Origin: Balamuthia mandrillaris
Taxonomy: Eukaryota
Assembly: GCA_031835245.2 (NCBI GenBank)
Contig: JAVKOQ020000043.1
Coordinates: forward strand, 186,001 to 250,000
DNA: 64,000 nt
Direction of reading: 5' to 3'
This document shows positions 41,882 through 55,260 of the stretch, one piece after another. Under the pieces are notes generated by a model. The model ran no database searches. It was not told where the DNA came from and saw nothing but the letters and a program-made list of their open reading frames with translations. The position numbers were made by a program, and so were the translations under genes. The first letter of the stretch is position 1, and each line of letters opens with the position of its first letter.

Positions 41882-44441
41882 TCAGGACTTGAAGATCTTG
41901 CCAAAGATACTTGGGTTGGTCTTCTCTTCCTCTTCCTTGAACTTCTCCATCGCTTCCTTCATCGCTGGAGTCAGTTTCCTGGTTTTCATGAAAAGTTAGT
42001 TAAAGGGAAAAAAGACTGTGAAAGAGAAAGAGAAACATACTTGGGAATGACAACTTTGAAGGTGATGTACTGGTTACCATGACCCTCACCGTTCACGTCC
42101 TTGATGCCCTTGCCACGCAGCACTCTCTTTTCATCAGGTTGAGTGCCAGCGGGCACCTTGATCTCAACGTCTTGGCCCTCGAGGGTGGGCACTTTGGCTG
42201 TGCCGCCCAGCACGACATGGCTCAGTGGAACCAGGACGTCAGTGTAGACGTGTGTGCCTTCTCGTCTAAATACTTTATCTGCCGGGACCTTTTTGTTTTT
42301 TAATCATTTTGTTAAGAAGCGAACATAATAAGATAGAGAGAAAACGAGGAAAACGTACGTTAAGTCGTATGTAGAGATGGCCAGGCTTGCCACCTTTAAC
42401 TCCAGCATCTCCTTGGTTCACCAACCTTATCTCCATCTTGTCATCGACACCTTTATTATAACGGAAGAAAATGAGCAAATAAGAAACAAATGAAAGCAAG
42501 AGGATAATCAATAACAAGAAAGAAAGAAAGAAAAAAGTTACCAGCTGGAATCTTGACAGTAACTTTGCGAGTACCCCGTGTGGAACCCTTGCCACGACAA
42601 GTTTTACAAGGGTCAGAGATAATCTCTCCTGTTCCTTGGCAAGTGCGGCAGGTCGTAGCAATTGGAATAAATCCTTGTGCGATTGTTTCCTATAATAGTA
42701 TAAGTTAACAACAGTAGGGAGGAGGGAGGGAGGGAGAGAGAGAGGAGGGAGAGAGGGAGGAGGGAGGGAGGGAGGGAGGGAGGGAGGGAGGGAGGGAGGG
42801 AGGGAGGGAGGGAGGGAGGGAGGGAGGGAGGGAGGGAGGGAGGGAGGGGGAGGAGGGAGGGAGGGGAGGGAGGGAGGGAGGGAGGGAGGGAGGGAGGAGG
42901 GGAGGAGGGAGGAGGGAGGGGAGGGAGGGAGGGAGGGAGGGAGGGAGGGAGGGAGGAGGGGAGAGGGAGGGAGGAGGGAGGGAGGAGGGAGGGAGGGAGG
43001 GAGGGAGGGAGGGAGGGATGGAGGGAGGGAGTGCTGTAATGTTAAGGATCAGTTCAAAAGATGATACTATGAAAACTGAGTGTCATCCAGTGGTAGTTAT
43101 CCTTCAATTACTTTCGGCATGGTTTTGTTTTAATGGTTTCCGACCGATTTCATCAAAAGAAATCGAACGAATGCTAACATGCCCTCTTGGAGAGAAAAGG
43201 AAGGGGGGAACAACGCAAGGGAATGGAATAAAGTGGAGAAAGTGTACCATGCCACTGCCGTTACATCTGCTGCATTTCTTTGGTTTGGAGCCAGCTCCGG
43301 CGCCACTGCCATCACACGTGTTACAGACAAGATTGGCAGCAAAGCTGACCTCCTTCTCACAACCAGTGACAGCCTCCATGAAGCTGATGGTCAAGTTGAC
43401 CTGTACGTCCTCGCCTCTTGCCTTTCCTCGGCCCATAGGTCCTCCACCAAACCCACCAAATACTCCCTCGAACAGGTCTTCCATGTTGATGTTCATTTGG
43501 CTTGGGTCGAAGCCGGGTCCTCCGCCTTCGAATGCCTGCCCAAATTGGTCGTACTGTCTTCGTTTTTGCTCATCTTTCAAAACCTGCGTTGAACATAAGA
43601 AAGAGAGTTAGGGTGTGGAGAAAGAGAGCGGGTGGAGGGAGATAAAAAGAGAGATTTGGGAACAAAACAAACCCCATAAGCGTTGTTGATCTTGGCCAAC
43701 TTTTCCTCTGCCTGTTTTTTATCACCGCCTTTGTTTCGATCAGGGTGGTACTTCATCGCTAACTATTTATTCGCCAACAAAAATAGAAGAAAGAAGAGAC
43801 AGGAAAGCAGACAAGAGAGAAGAGGAAACGAAGGAAGAGAGAGAGCAAATGTTAGAAGTAGTTTTTAAATTGGACCTGAAGAAAAAAACCTACTTTGTGA
43901 TAGGCTTTCTTGATTTCGTCCTGGCTAGCGGTGCGCGGTACGCCGAGGACCTCGTAATAATCCTCTTCTCTAGTGGGAGCTAGAGGGAGAGCACTTGGGT
44001 GAGTACTTCCAAGGAAGAAAAAAAAGGGCCAGAGACAAAGGAGCGAGCGGAGAGCAAATACCTGTAGTGTGGAATGATGACCGCTGGTGATGCGAAGAGC
44101 AAGAAGAAGCAAAGCAGGAAGCGGCAGTGGTCGTCACGTTCGAGCCTATCAACGATTAATTTTGTTAAAATAAAAACACGAAACAGACAAACAAAATCAG
44201 TGAGTTAGGAGAGAAGAGAGAGTGCGGGCAGCGTACGTTGTGAATAACGAGAGCGAGAAAAAGTGGAGAGAACGTTCGGACGCAAGCTCCGCCCTGTGGT
44301 GGAGGCGTTGCGCCTCGCCGCAGAGGACGTCGTGTGGAGAAAGAAGCCCTTTCGTCCTCCCAGCTTCGCCGCGAACACGGAGCGTGTGGCAGCGGGCGGC
44401 ATGAACATACCGCTTGCACGGCACGTGGTGGAGGTTCTCAT
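41882..44441 (-). CDS. Mitochondrial DnaJ (type I Hsp40, Mdj1/DNAJA3-like)
   Basis: Transit-like N-terminus; J-domain [26 protein letters not shown] region; CxxCxGxG zinc-finger repeats; C-terminal domain [16 protein letters not shown]. Confidence 0.93.
42717..43031. repeat. ~315-bp (GGGA)n / G-rich tract in a DnaJ intron
   Basis: Near-pure ggga/gga repeats inside intron 42690-43247. Confidence 0.95.
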
Positions 44442-44722
44442 CGTTTTTTGCTGTCCAGTGTGCGCGGTGAGGTTCTTTTTTTTGCCTCAGAATAAAAAAA
44501 AAAAATCCGAGTCACTGCCACTACTCTCTCTCTCTCTCTCTTCGCTTGGCGGCAGGCAGACAGAAGAAAAGAGAAATAAAAAGATTTTTACAGGAATGCG
44601 TCGACAAATAATGTCGGCAGGAAACAGCAACAAGCTTTGTTTTTTTTGCGGACGCGCACAGGAAATTCGGCGGGGAGATGAGAGTGACGGACGAAGGCGA
44701 AGGCGCAACCTCCTCTCTCGGG

Positions 44723-45316
44723 ATGTTTATAGCGGTGGCGGCCGCTGGTCTGCTGGCTCTGCTGTTCCTCTTTCTTTTGTACGGACATACGATCTCTGTT
44801 TTGTTGATTCCTTTGCTTTGCATTTAAACTTAGAGCCTCTCTCTCTCTCTCTCTCTGTTGGTATAACACTCTGCAGAAGAGGTAAGAGGAAGAGGAGGAG
44901 CGTGGAGGCTGCCGGCAGGTGGGTGTTGGTGACCGGAGCGGCCTCTGGCTTTGGCCGTGCCGTCACGCGGCTGCTCTTAGAAAAGCGCTGCAGGCTGTTC
45001 GCCGTGGACCTCAACAAGGCTCAGCTCCTCTCCGAGTTTGGTGAGGAGCAAGGCGTTATCACCATCGTCTGCGACGTAACAGATCCTCAACAAGTCTCAG
45101 AGGTCCCCTTTTCTCGTTCTGGCCTATGTTCTCTTGCTTTCGTTCCATCCTTCTCACCATTCCTTTTGGGTGTTCAAAAAGATGGCAAAAGTTGTTGAAC
45201 GAGAACTGCAGGGAGAACCGCTCTTTGGGGTGGTTAACAATGCTGGCATCGGCCTGCCCCCCACCTCGCTCGTCGACCATTCCGAAGAGGAGATGCTGCG
45301 GGTCATCAACGTACAT

Positions 45317-45354
<38 letters not shown>

Positions 45355-46132
45355 TTCTCTCTCTCGTAAACGAAGAAGACTCATACGCACATAGGTGAAC
45401 GCGCTAGGCATGTGGCGAGTGAGCAAAGCTCTCTTCCCATTACTGCAGCTTCAAGATAACGATTACTCCAAAAGCGGCCCACGCAAAATAACCACACGAA
45501 GAAAAACACACCTGGATAAGAGTGTGGGCTCTTGCATAGTAAATGTTACCTCGGTGGCAGGAAGGGTGGCCTCTGCCATGATGGGCTCCTATGCCATGTC
45601 CAAGTTTGCCGGGGAGGCCCTCACCGATGTGCTTCGCCAGGAAATGGGTCCACTGGGAGTGCGCGTGGTGGCCATCCAGCCCCATTTCTCGGATACTGGC
45701 ATCCTGGGTAATGCCAGGCTGAAGATGGAGGATCAGGGCGGTGGTAGTGGGTCCTGTCACCCGTTGTGGGATGGCATGGCCAGGCATTCCCTTGCCTGGT
45801 TACAAGAGAAGGTGAAACTGCTGCCAGCAGAACAAAGTAAGAACTTCTCTCTCTCTCTCTCTGTCTCTGTCTCTCTCTGTCTCTCTCTGTCTCTCTGTCT
45901 CTGTCTCGCGCTCGCTCTCAATGGGAAAATGGGATTAATCCTGTTTTTGTTTTATCTCCTAGCGGCAAAAGAGATAGTTGACTGTCTGTTCGATCCACAG
46001 TGCCCCTCACGGGTGCTTGTGTGTTGGCGAAAGGATCGGTTTGCCTTGCGGTTTCTTTGGCCTTTGCTCTCTGACCGACTTCGCGACAGGATTCTTCTTT
46101 TCCAAACACTTCCTCCAACTACCAACAAATAA
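44723..46132 (+). CDS. Short-chain dehydrogenase/reductase (17beta-HSD/retinol dehydrogenase-like) with N-terminal membrane anchor
   Basis: MFIAVAAAGLLALLFLFLL anchor; VLVTGAASGFG; VVNNAGIG; IVNVTSVAG; catalytic YAMSK. Confidence 0.92.
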
Positions 46133-46198
46133 ACACAATCAACAAAGAAACTAAAGACAAACAGCGAAGCGATCGAAATACCTCTTCTTACTTATCAG

Positions 46199-46814
46199 CT
46201 AAAAACTTTCTTCTTCATGTTCGGCCTGATAGAACTGTATTACACCCCATTTGCCATCCACTTTCCACTGCTCGTCCTCCGCTTCTACCTGCTGCACATG
46301 AGCCATGTCTCGCATGCCCACCACCACGTCCGATTTTAGGATGCGCAACGCTACGAACCGCAGCCTATTGTAACATCCCTCGTGTTGTTTGTTCAGAGAA
46401 GAAAGAAGCGACTGGAAGGAAGTGGTAGGAGGCCAGTAACGATCTTCCACTAGGCGGCGATAGTTAGCATCTCCTTTTACAAATATCATGTGCGAGTTGA
46501 TTAGGTCAGAGTACAGGCTGAAGCAGCGCCCTTTCATCTCGGAGAAGAACAGAGGAGAGTTCCAAAACCTGCAACAGTTTACGATCAGTTCTCTTAAAGC
46601 CGAATGAGAGTGCCTTTAAGCGTACCGATGGGAGCGTAGCTTCCAGTGCCCTTGAGCAATGTGTCCTCGCCAAGTGGGAACAAGTTGCTTCATTCTTTGT
46701 TCCTCATCGTGGCCTGCAACCGAATCTTCCAGAGCACTCAATAACCTCTCTATGTCTTGCGGTGTCGCATCAGACACAAACGTTGGATATTCCTGCAGTG
46801 AAAGCAAGATTAAG

Positions 46815-46853
<39 letters not shown>

Positions 46854-47981
46854 CAAAGACCTTGAGGTGGAGATGGACGGTGCAAGAGGGAATGAGAGAC
46901 ACTAAAACGTGAGCAAAACACAAGTCACTAAACAGCTCCAATCCAGCATTGTCCAGAATGATATCTATCCGCAGGGCATCACTTCAACGCGCATGCATTC
47001 AACAGAAAAAAGATGAGAAAGAGTATAGAACAACGCACAATAGCAAACGGACAAGCTAGCCTCTTACCTTGAAGGAGAGTTCGCCAAATTCAACAGTTTC
47101 TCGCAAACAGGCAAGGAATCGTCCGACAAAAGGGCATCCAGCCCCGCTTTGTGCCGGTCCTCTCGCTCCTTCTCATCCTCCTTCCCCTCATGGTGCGCAC
47201 GCTGCTTCTCCGACAACACCAGCGGATCTTCCGTTATGGAGAAGAGGCTCATGTCCGCTCGATTGCCCCATAAGCTGCGCAACAGAAACCTCAGGATGAT
47301 GCTCTCCTCTTTCTTGCCAAGCAAAGGTGCAGCAGAGTCTCCTCCTGCTTCCCCTCTTGTTTTGGCGTTGTCCGTCTCCTCCAACATGGAGAGCATGGAA
47401 GAGGCGATGGCCAACATCACGTTGAGCGACTCTTTCGTGCCGGCGTCCTTCTTCTTGGCAAAAGGGTCCCACCAGCGGGTTGCTGCTTGTTTTTCAGAGG
47501 CCACCGGGCGCCAGCAGTGAGAGAGGATGCGTCGGTAGAGGTAGGCCTCTCCCCAGTAAAAGGGAACCTCCTTCCAGCTCTTTCCTTCCATCGGCGCCAC
47601 GTATGCCCTCCATTCCTCTGGTTGGAGGGAAGAAAGCAGGATGGATGAGTAGTGTCCATCAATTGCCAAAAAACAAAAAAGAAAAGCAGTGGTACCAAGA
47701 TCTGTAGCAGCAGCTTCTTCAGCAGCAGACGCGGGTTGAAATGCTGCAATGGGACTGGGTCGATGAAGATTAGATCAGAGGCCCTACGTGCAAGGAGAGA
47801 GCGGAACCAACCTATGCTCAATCAGTTCTTCCTGCAGTGATACAAGCCCTTGCCGTGCTTCTGAGGTAAGGAAGTCTGGGTTGTCTTCTACCACTTCGGC
47901 TACGATCTTTGGCAACCTCCTTTCCAGCGTAGAGTAGGCCCACGTTCCTTCCTTGTCGCAAGTTATGAGCTCCGCCTCCAT
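46199..47981 (-). CDS. ARMT1: Damage-control phosphatase ARMT1 / DUF89 family
   Basis: TWAYSTLERRLPKIV; PFYWGEAYLYRRI; DPFAKKK; SLWGNRADMS; ILDNAGLELFSD; YPTFVSDAT; FVKGDANYRRL; LRILKSDVVVG. Confidence 0.9.
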
Positions 47982-48027
47982 CTCTTGTTGGTTACCCCTT
48001 CTTCGAAGAACCGTGTCGACATGGTAC

Positions 48028-48190
48028 TCTCTCCTCTCTCCTCTCTCCTCTCTCCTCTCTCCTCTCTCCTCTCTCCTCTCTCCTCTCTCCTCTCTCCTCC
48101 TCTCTCTCCTCTCTCCTCTCTCTCTCTCCTCTCTCCTCTCTCCTCTCTCCTCTCTCCCTCTCTCCTCTCTCCTCTCTCCTCTCTCTCCTC
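48028..48190. repeat. Intergenic (CTCTCCT)n repeat
   Basis: Visible heptamer tandem repeat upstream of ARMT1. Confidence 0.85.
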
Positions 48191-48381
48191 TCGCTCCTCT
48201 CGTTGTTTGCCCAGTCATCATCTCATGGGTGGTCTTCGCGCAAGACCTTCTTCTCTAAGAGAGGAAGAGGGGAACGCAAGAAAAACCGAAACATATTTAA
48301 TACAGCCAAAGGAAACAAAAAAAAAAACAAAGCAGAAGAAGCAAGAACACTGGTAGTAGTTATCACCCCATGGGGAATCCT

Positions 48382-49903
48382 TCAATAAGGAAGCACTTCG
48401 GAAAAGCTGGTAATGGCGACCTTGCCATCGCTGCCTCCGCTGATGATCTTCTTGTCGTCAAACTGGAGCGTGTTGACGGTGGCGCTGTGCCTGCTGAAGG
48501 AGGCGGTGAGGGTCCTCGTTTTGAGGTTCCAAACGTTCACCATGTGATCGCTTCCGGCCGTAACGAGGCGAGTGTCCTGGAATTGAAGGTCCATGACACG
48601 GCCTTTGTGGGCTCGGTCGATCGTCCACAAGCACTTGGATGCCCTCATGTCCCACATTTTTACTGTCTTATCGCTTGATCCTGTTTTTTGTTTGATCAAG
48701 TGGTGTGTGAGAGAGAGAGAGAGAGAGAGAGAAAGAAGAACGAAAGACCAGAAAAGACACCATACCAGACACCAAGTTGTGGTCCTCAAACTGTAAACAC
48801 CGCACAAAATCTCTGTGGCCATGAAGCGTGCGGTGGGCCTGCCAGATGCGTATGTCCCAGACCTTGATGGTGGAGTTCATGTAGCCACATACCAGCTTGT
48901 TGCCGGTGGCCTGAAAGGCGAGGCAGGGAACGACCCCCTTGATGGTCTTTACGCACTGGCCAGTGGTGAGGTCCCACACTCTACCTGTCAGGTCACAGGA
49001 AAAGCTCAGCAGCTTGTTGCTGCCCAGCTGCAGGGCGGAAACCCAGGCGTTGTGGCCGGTGAGAGTCATAACGCAGCGAGGGCCTTCCTCCTCAGAGTTT
49101 TCCAATGAAGAAGAAGACCCGGAGGAAAAGCCCCGCCACAACTTGATGGTGCAGTCCTTGCTGCCAGTGGCCAGCAGGTCGTTTTGGCTGTCAAACTGAA
49201 GGCAGGTCACCTGGGCTTGGTGTCCTTGTATGCAGTGGAGCTGCCTGCCGGTGGCCAGATCAACAAAGCGCAGCTTCTTGTCGGCAGAGCCGGTTATCAA
49301 CAGCTCCCCTGGCATGGAGTCTTCTTCCTCCAGGTCCTCAACCAAACAACTGGCAGGGGCTTTGGTGTTGGTGCGTCGCAAGTAGTCGGCAGCGCTGGTG
49401 GCCGGGTTGAACTGCAGGCAAAGCACGGCGGAGGTGTGCGGCACGGGGAGAATGGACTCGCTGACCGCATGGCCGTTCTTCCAGTTGCCCTTGGTGGTGT
49501 ACCTGTTCTTCCAGCTGCGCCAACCAAAGAGCTGCTCCTCCTCCAAGAAGCGGCCGCCCATCCCTCTGTTGCCGCCCCCGCCGCCTCTTAATCTTCGTCG
49601 GCCGTTGTTGCGCGTCGCACCCACGGCCGACAAAGACCCCCACTTTTGCATGTAGAGCGGCTTCCACAGGGAGTCATCCTCGCTGAGAAAGTTCCAATGC
49701 TTGCAAGCCAGCGACACGTTGAACAGGTCGGCCGTCTCCAGGAAGGCAAAGACCAGCACGGTGAGCTCGTTGGGCAGCACACGGAACGCGCCCAGGCTCG
49801 CCAGGTGCTGCTGTTGCAACAAACCCTCGCTCGTTCTCAATGCTCCGCCACCGCCGCTGCCGCCACCACAACCACCACCACCGTCCGTGGTCTCCGTCGT
49901 CAT
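48382..49903 (-). CDS. F-box/WD40-repeat protein (SCF substrate receptor)
   Basis: F-box LPNELTVLVFAFL...VSLACKHW...DDSLWK followed by about 7 WD40 repeats (GH...V.CLQF...SGS.D.T.K.WD); one intron. Confidence 0.92.
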
Positions 49904-50271
49904 TTTTTTTTTCTTTGGGTGTTGTTTGTTGTTGTTTGCGGCTCCTCCTCCTCCTCCTCCTCCCTCTGGCCTCTACTCTCCTGTCTCGATTTTGCGTAGC
50001 GGATTTTTTTTTTTTCGCTTAGCGATGAAACTCTGGAAAAATTATTATGAGGAGTCACTGTAGAATTACTGTAAAATATCTCTGGTTTCTGTTCGATGAG
50101 TTTGGTTGGTGCTTACCCGCTTTGTTCTTTTCTTTTTTGTTTTTGTTTTATCGATAAGCTCCCCACGTATTCTTTACCAGTAGAAGTTGTTTCTTCTGTT
50201 CTTGTGCTTCTTCATCTTGTGCTTCTTCTTCTCCTTTCGTTTTTTTTTTCATTCTTGAATCTCTTTTCTCT

Positions 50272-52948
50272 CTATTGAGTGAAGGATTTTTGCAGTATGT
50301 CCACGATCATGCGTCTCCGGAAGTAGGGCATGTCTTTTTGGCTAAAGTCAAAGTCATGGTTGCTGCTGATGCTCTCCGCAAAGCGACACATGAACACGCC
50401 ACAGTCGTGGCCGTTCCTTTGTTGGGGTATGTCTTTGGGTTGATAGTCCGTCCAATCACTAAGATCTATCTCCTGTAGTCGCTTGTCAAGACTTTCATCG
50501 TTCAGGTACCGTCGTAGCTTCTACAGTTTAGTCAGCATATTGTTTTTGATACTATACCAAGTTTGTAGATAACACAAAAGCAAACCTTGATACAAATGTC
50601 GTTTCTGCTTCCTAGGGAGTCATAATATTCGAATCGTCTGTCGTTAAAATTGATAACTGCCAAGCACCAGTGGTTGCCAAGATGGATGGGCACTATCACT
50701 TTCTCCATTTCAAATAGATCCACCTTTTGTTAAAAGCAGAAAAGAATGTAAGAGCAACGGACGGACGGAGGGAGAGAAAGAGAAACGAACCCTTCTGGTC
50801 CATTTGCTTACGCGTGCATAGTTATAGCCACCACGATCCGTGAGCAATGGATAGAAAAATGTATTGAAAAAGTGGCACTTGGGAAAAGCGGAACCAAATT
50901 CTTTGGCCCTTTCTGCCAACAAGTTTAGATAAAAGTTGATCACCTATTTGAAAGTGGCAAGTTAGACAAAAGAAATAGGAGATAGAGAGAGAGAGAGAGA
51001 GAGAGAGAAGGGAGGGAGGGAGGGAGGGAGGAGGGGAGAGAGAGAGAGAACAGAAACCTCATCGTTGAGCCATTCTGTAGGTTGTAGATGACTGATGTCG
51101 CCCCTAGTGATTTCACAATTGAAGCCTGATACCAAAACTTCAGACTGTGGACCCCTGGCAAGGGCGTACTTCACAACCATCTTTTCGTCCTCCGTCAACG
51201 CTCGCACCTGGCGCCTTTCCTCCAGCTCTCGCAACCGCTGTCGCAAAGTTTTCTCTTTTTCCAACTGTTCTCTGGCTGTTCTGAATGTTTCCAACCACTT
51301 TTGACGTCGTTCCAATATCTTCTTGACTTGTGCCACTCTTTCATTTCCAATAAAAATGAAAGAATCCAAAGGATGGTGAGTTACGAAGACTAATATAAAA
51401 AAGAACCAGTTCTAACCTTGCAGCTTGTTGTTCTTCATAGAAGGTTTTCTTCCACTCGATGGGGCCTAACGTTTGTTGATAAAACCGCGAGGTCCGTTGC
51501 TCGATTGCATCCATATCGTTGTCCTTCAAACTGATGGTACCTTCTCTTCCTTTCTCCTCGTCTTCGTCCTCCTCCACTTCCTCTTCTCCACTTACAGCTG
51601 AGGTTAGCCACAAAGGGTCGAAGGGATGTTCTTCCTCAAATAAACTGTCATAGTCCACTATTCTTTCGCGCTCTTGTTCTGTTGCTTCTTTTTCTTCTTC
51701 TTCTTCTTCTTCTTCTTCTTCTTCTTCTTCACTTAATTCTTCATATAGCTCCACTTCATAGTTTTCCTCACGGGTTGTTCGCCTGGGTGAGTAATAGTCG
51801 TCGCCTTCATCAAATAGACTCAATAAACCAAAGTCCTCTTTCAAGCTGGTTGGTTTGGTTTTTACAATGGGTCTAAAGCCTGGAAGTTTATGGCCGCTCG
51901 CAGGTATCATCACTGGTTTCATCGCTTGTCTCGCCGCCAACCATTTCTGGTGTTTACTGGTTTTTTGGCGCTCTGTTTGAAGGAAAGAATTAATAAAGTG
52001 TAATGGACGAAAACGTAAAGGAAATAACATCCGAAAATGCTAATAGAGAAATGTAATAACCTCTAGCACGAGCTATGGAATAGCTGTGATGCATCTCTTC
52101 TTCATCACCTTCATCCGGGATATCAAACGGATTTTGGAGCTTATTTCTGCTGGGAGGAGGAAAGCCAGCAAACATGCGAGGAAATGAGTTGCATTCGGCC
52201 TTTAGCCTTTCCTCGAAAAGCAAACTTTGCTCCAACCGCTGTGTTTTATCCAGCAACCGTTCTGGCGGTGAAGAGAATTGAGACGATGGAGAATAGGGTG
52301 TGGTGAGTCCTGTTGATGAGGATGAGCTACGACGTCGCGACGAAGAAGCAGAAGAGGAAGGAGAAAAAATGATCGGAGAGGTAAAGGACAACGGAGAATG
52401 CACAGCTTTGGCTATCGAGGTTGAGGTACGACGTGGTTGTGGTGTCCGGCTCCGGGAGGTTGAAGAGGAGGAAGAGGGTGCTTGAAAAGCAGGACGAAAA
52501 AAGGAGGCAGAAGAAGCAGTTCGCTTGTGTGCATGTTGAACGTTAGGAGCAGGTGTTTCAGGAAGAGTAAAGAGCGAGAGCGAAGGAGGAGGATTGGAGG
52601 AAGCACCATCATCAGGGGAGGAGAGGGTGTGGCGGGTAGAAGCGCCTGAAGTTCGCCAAGTGGAGGCATATTTCTCCTGGTGGGTCCGGCGCTGAGAATT
52701 GGAAGAGGAAGGAGGAGAAGAGGCGGTCTCATCCTCCGTTGGAGCGTATGTGTCTTCAAAGGGTTTATCGAGGGTAAAGAAGGGATTGGGCCTTGAGGGA
52801 ATGCCTGGTGTTCCTCCTGCATCTGCTCCTTCTTGTTGGTGTTGCTGGTCGAGATAGTACAAACGTTTAAAGTTGGAGTAGAGGCTCTTCACTGGCGTTA
52901 AGACCAACTTATCTGCACAACAAAAAAAAATAATGAAGGAGAGAAAAT

Positions 52949-52981
<33 letters not shown>

Positions 52982-53493
52982 AAAGAGATAGAAGCAAAGA
53001 AAAGAGATGAGGAAAGAAGCGAGGGAAGTAAAAGAAGCGTGTGAGGAGCAAGAAGAAAAGAGCAGTCACAAGTGAAGAAAATAATGATTACCTAGATTGG
53101 GCAGAAGAGGTGAGGAAGGAGGGTCAGCCTGAGCACAGGCCGTTGTGGGAGGCGCGGAGAGCAGAAGCATGTCATCTTCTTCCTCTTCCTCCTGCTCGAC
53201 CGTCTTTGCCGTCGGTGCATAAACGCCACGGTCACCGCCGCTACTGCCCTCTTCTGCTTCCCTTGCTTTCTTCATGGCTGGCTCTTCCAGCTCAAACCTG
53301 ATGTACTCGCTGAGAGAACAAAAAAAAGAGAGTAAAGAATAGGAAAAAATCTAAAAGATCTCAAGCAGGGCAGGGCTCACCTGGAAAAGTCGGTCGGTAG
53401 AGATTCAACAACGGCTTCTTTCTCTCGCTTGCGCTTCCTCTGCGGGTTTCCCCTGATGAAACCCACAAAGGTCCTTTTCAGTTCTGCAAACAT
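50272..53493 (-). CDS. Ulp1/SENP-family SUMO protease (peptidase C48); multi-exon
   Basis: LQPTEWLNDEVINFY, FFNTFFY, IVPIHLGNHWCLAVI, YYDSLG and PQQRNGHDCGVF give the His-Asp-Cys triad; N-terminal NLS-like RKRKREK. Confidence 0.92.
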
Positions 53494-53852
53494 GGACTCC
53501 CCTTCTTTCCAAAACTTGAACGTCCGTCAGTCCGATTGGGTTGTGTTTTGTTTTTTTAAAAACCTCCTCACCCCCCAAAAAATAATACAAATAAAGATGG
53601 CTTTGCACGGAGATGAAAGGGTGGAGTGGAAGCTGCTTTGTTTTCCTGTCTTTGTTGGGTTTGGTGGTTCACAGCCAAGGAGTGGCTTTCTTTTCTTTCT
53701 TTTTGATGAGATCATAGGACAATAATGAACGATCGTTCAATGGTAAATCATAAAATTGATCGATCGCTGTATCCATCCAATAGTGATTCAAACAGAATTT
53801 AGTCGACAACAGAAGAACGGAAGCAAGACGGCCAAGCAAGAAATAGCCAAAC

Positions 53853-55260
53853 ATGGGCAAAGCCTCCAAAGATAAAAGGGTACGCGTTTCTTTCTTTGCT
53901 GTTTTTTGTAACTTTTGTTTTACTACCGGTACGCTTTGTGTTCACTGGTGACCTTTCTTTGCGAAACACAAAACAACCCAAATAGGATATTTACTATCGT
54001 AAAGCAAAAGAGGAAGGCTGGCGAGCTCGGTCCGCGTTCAAGCTCCTCCAAATCGACGAAGAGTTTAACATTTTTGAAAGTTCGTTTGGTTTTGCACGTG
54101 TGTGTACTTGTCTTTTGTGTGTTGTTCAAGCTTCTCAAGCAACGGAATCCTTTCCTTTCAAAAGATGTAGTACGTGCGGTGGACTTGTGCGCTGCTCCGG
54201 GAAGTTGGAGCCAGGTTCTCAGCCGGAAACTCTACAAAGAGAGGCCAAAGGGAGAGAGCGGTCAGGAGGAGGTGAAAATAGTGGCGGTGGACTTGCAAGA
54301 AATGGCTCCGTTGGAGGGGGTCATCCAAATCAAGGGAGACATTACCAAGCTGTCCACCGTGAAGCAGATCATTGGCCACTTTGAGGGCAAGCTTAGCGAC
54401 TTGGTCGTGTGTGACGGTGCACCCGATGGTATGCTCGTCTCTCTTCTTTCTCCATTTCTTCTTCTTCTCCGATAAATCTGTGTATTGGTCATCCTGTCTT
54501 TCCTCTCTTCTTTTCGTCTCATTCTTTCTCTTCTTGTCGTTTCCTTCTTTTATTCATTGGTATGCATACTCTCCCGTAGTGACTGGATTGCATGACATGG
54601 ACGAGTACGTGCAAGCACAGCTTATTCTTGCAGCTCTAAACATAACCACCCACGTGTTGCGGCCAGGAGGCACCTTTGTGGCCAAGATATTCCGAGGGAA
54701 GGATGTGACCCTGCTGTACTCCCAGCTGAAAGTATTTTTCCCACAAGTCACCATCGTCAAGCCCAAAAGCAGTCGTAACTCTAGCATTGGTATGTATTTG
54801 TTATGTTTGCTTTTGTATTTGTTGTTCAACGAACAACAAAAACTGATGAACGTGTCACGTATCCTGCTAGAGGCGTTCGTGCTTGGGCAAAACTATCAAC
54901 CACCAAAGGACTATGTCCCCACCATCATCAATCCAATGCTGGATCATCATTATGGTATGAAAATCTCTCTGCTCTTCCTTTCTCGCCAACGAATGAATTC
55001 ATTTGAGTGCCCAGATTTATTCACTCCCTGTTCCCTCTTTATCAACAGCGAGCAACAACGAGTTTCTTGGCCCCAACCGAATGATAGTGCCGTTCATTGC
55101 TTGCGGTGACCTCAGTGGCTTTGATGCGGATAGCGCCTACGAGCTGGATGAAGCCTCCACCAATTACACTACCCTCAACCCAACCCAATCTCCCATCAAT
55201 CCACCTTACCAACAAGCTCTGCAGCGAAAGCGTGGAGCAGGACCGCAACAGGACGAATAA
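53853..55260 (+). CDS. FTSJ1: tRNA (cytidine32/guanosine34-2'-O)-methyltransferase
   Basis: [82 protein letters not shown]. Confidence 0.95.
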
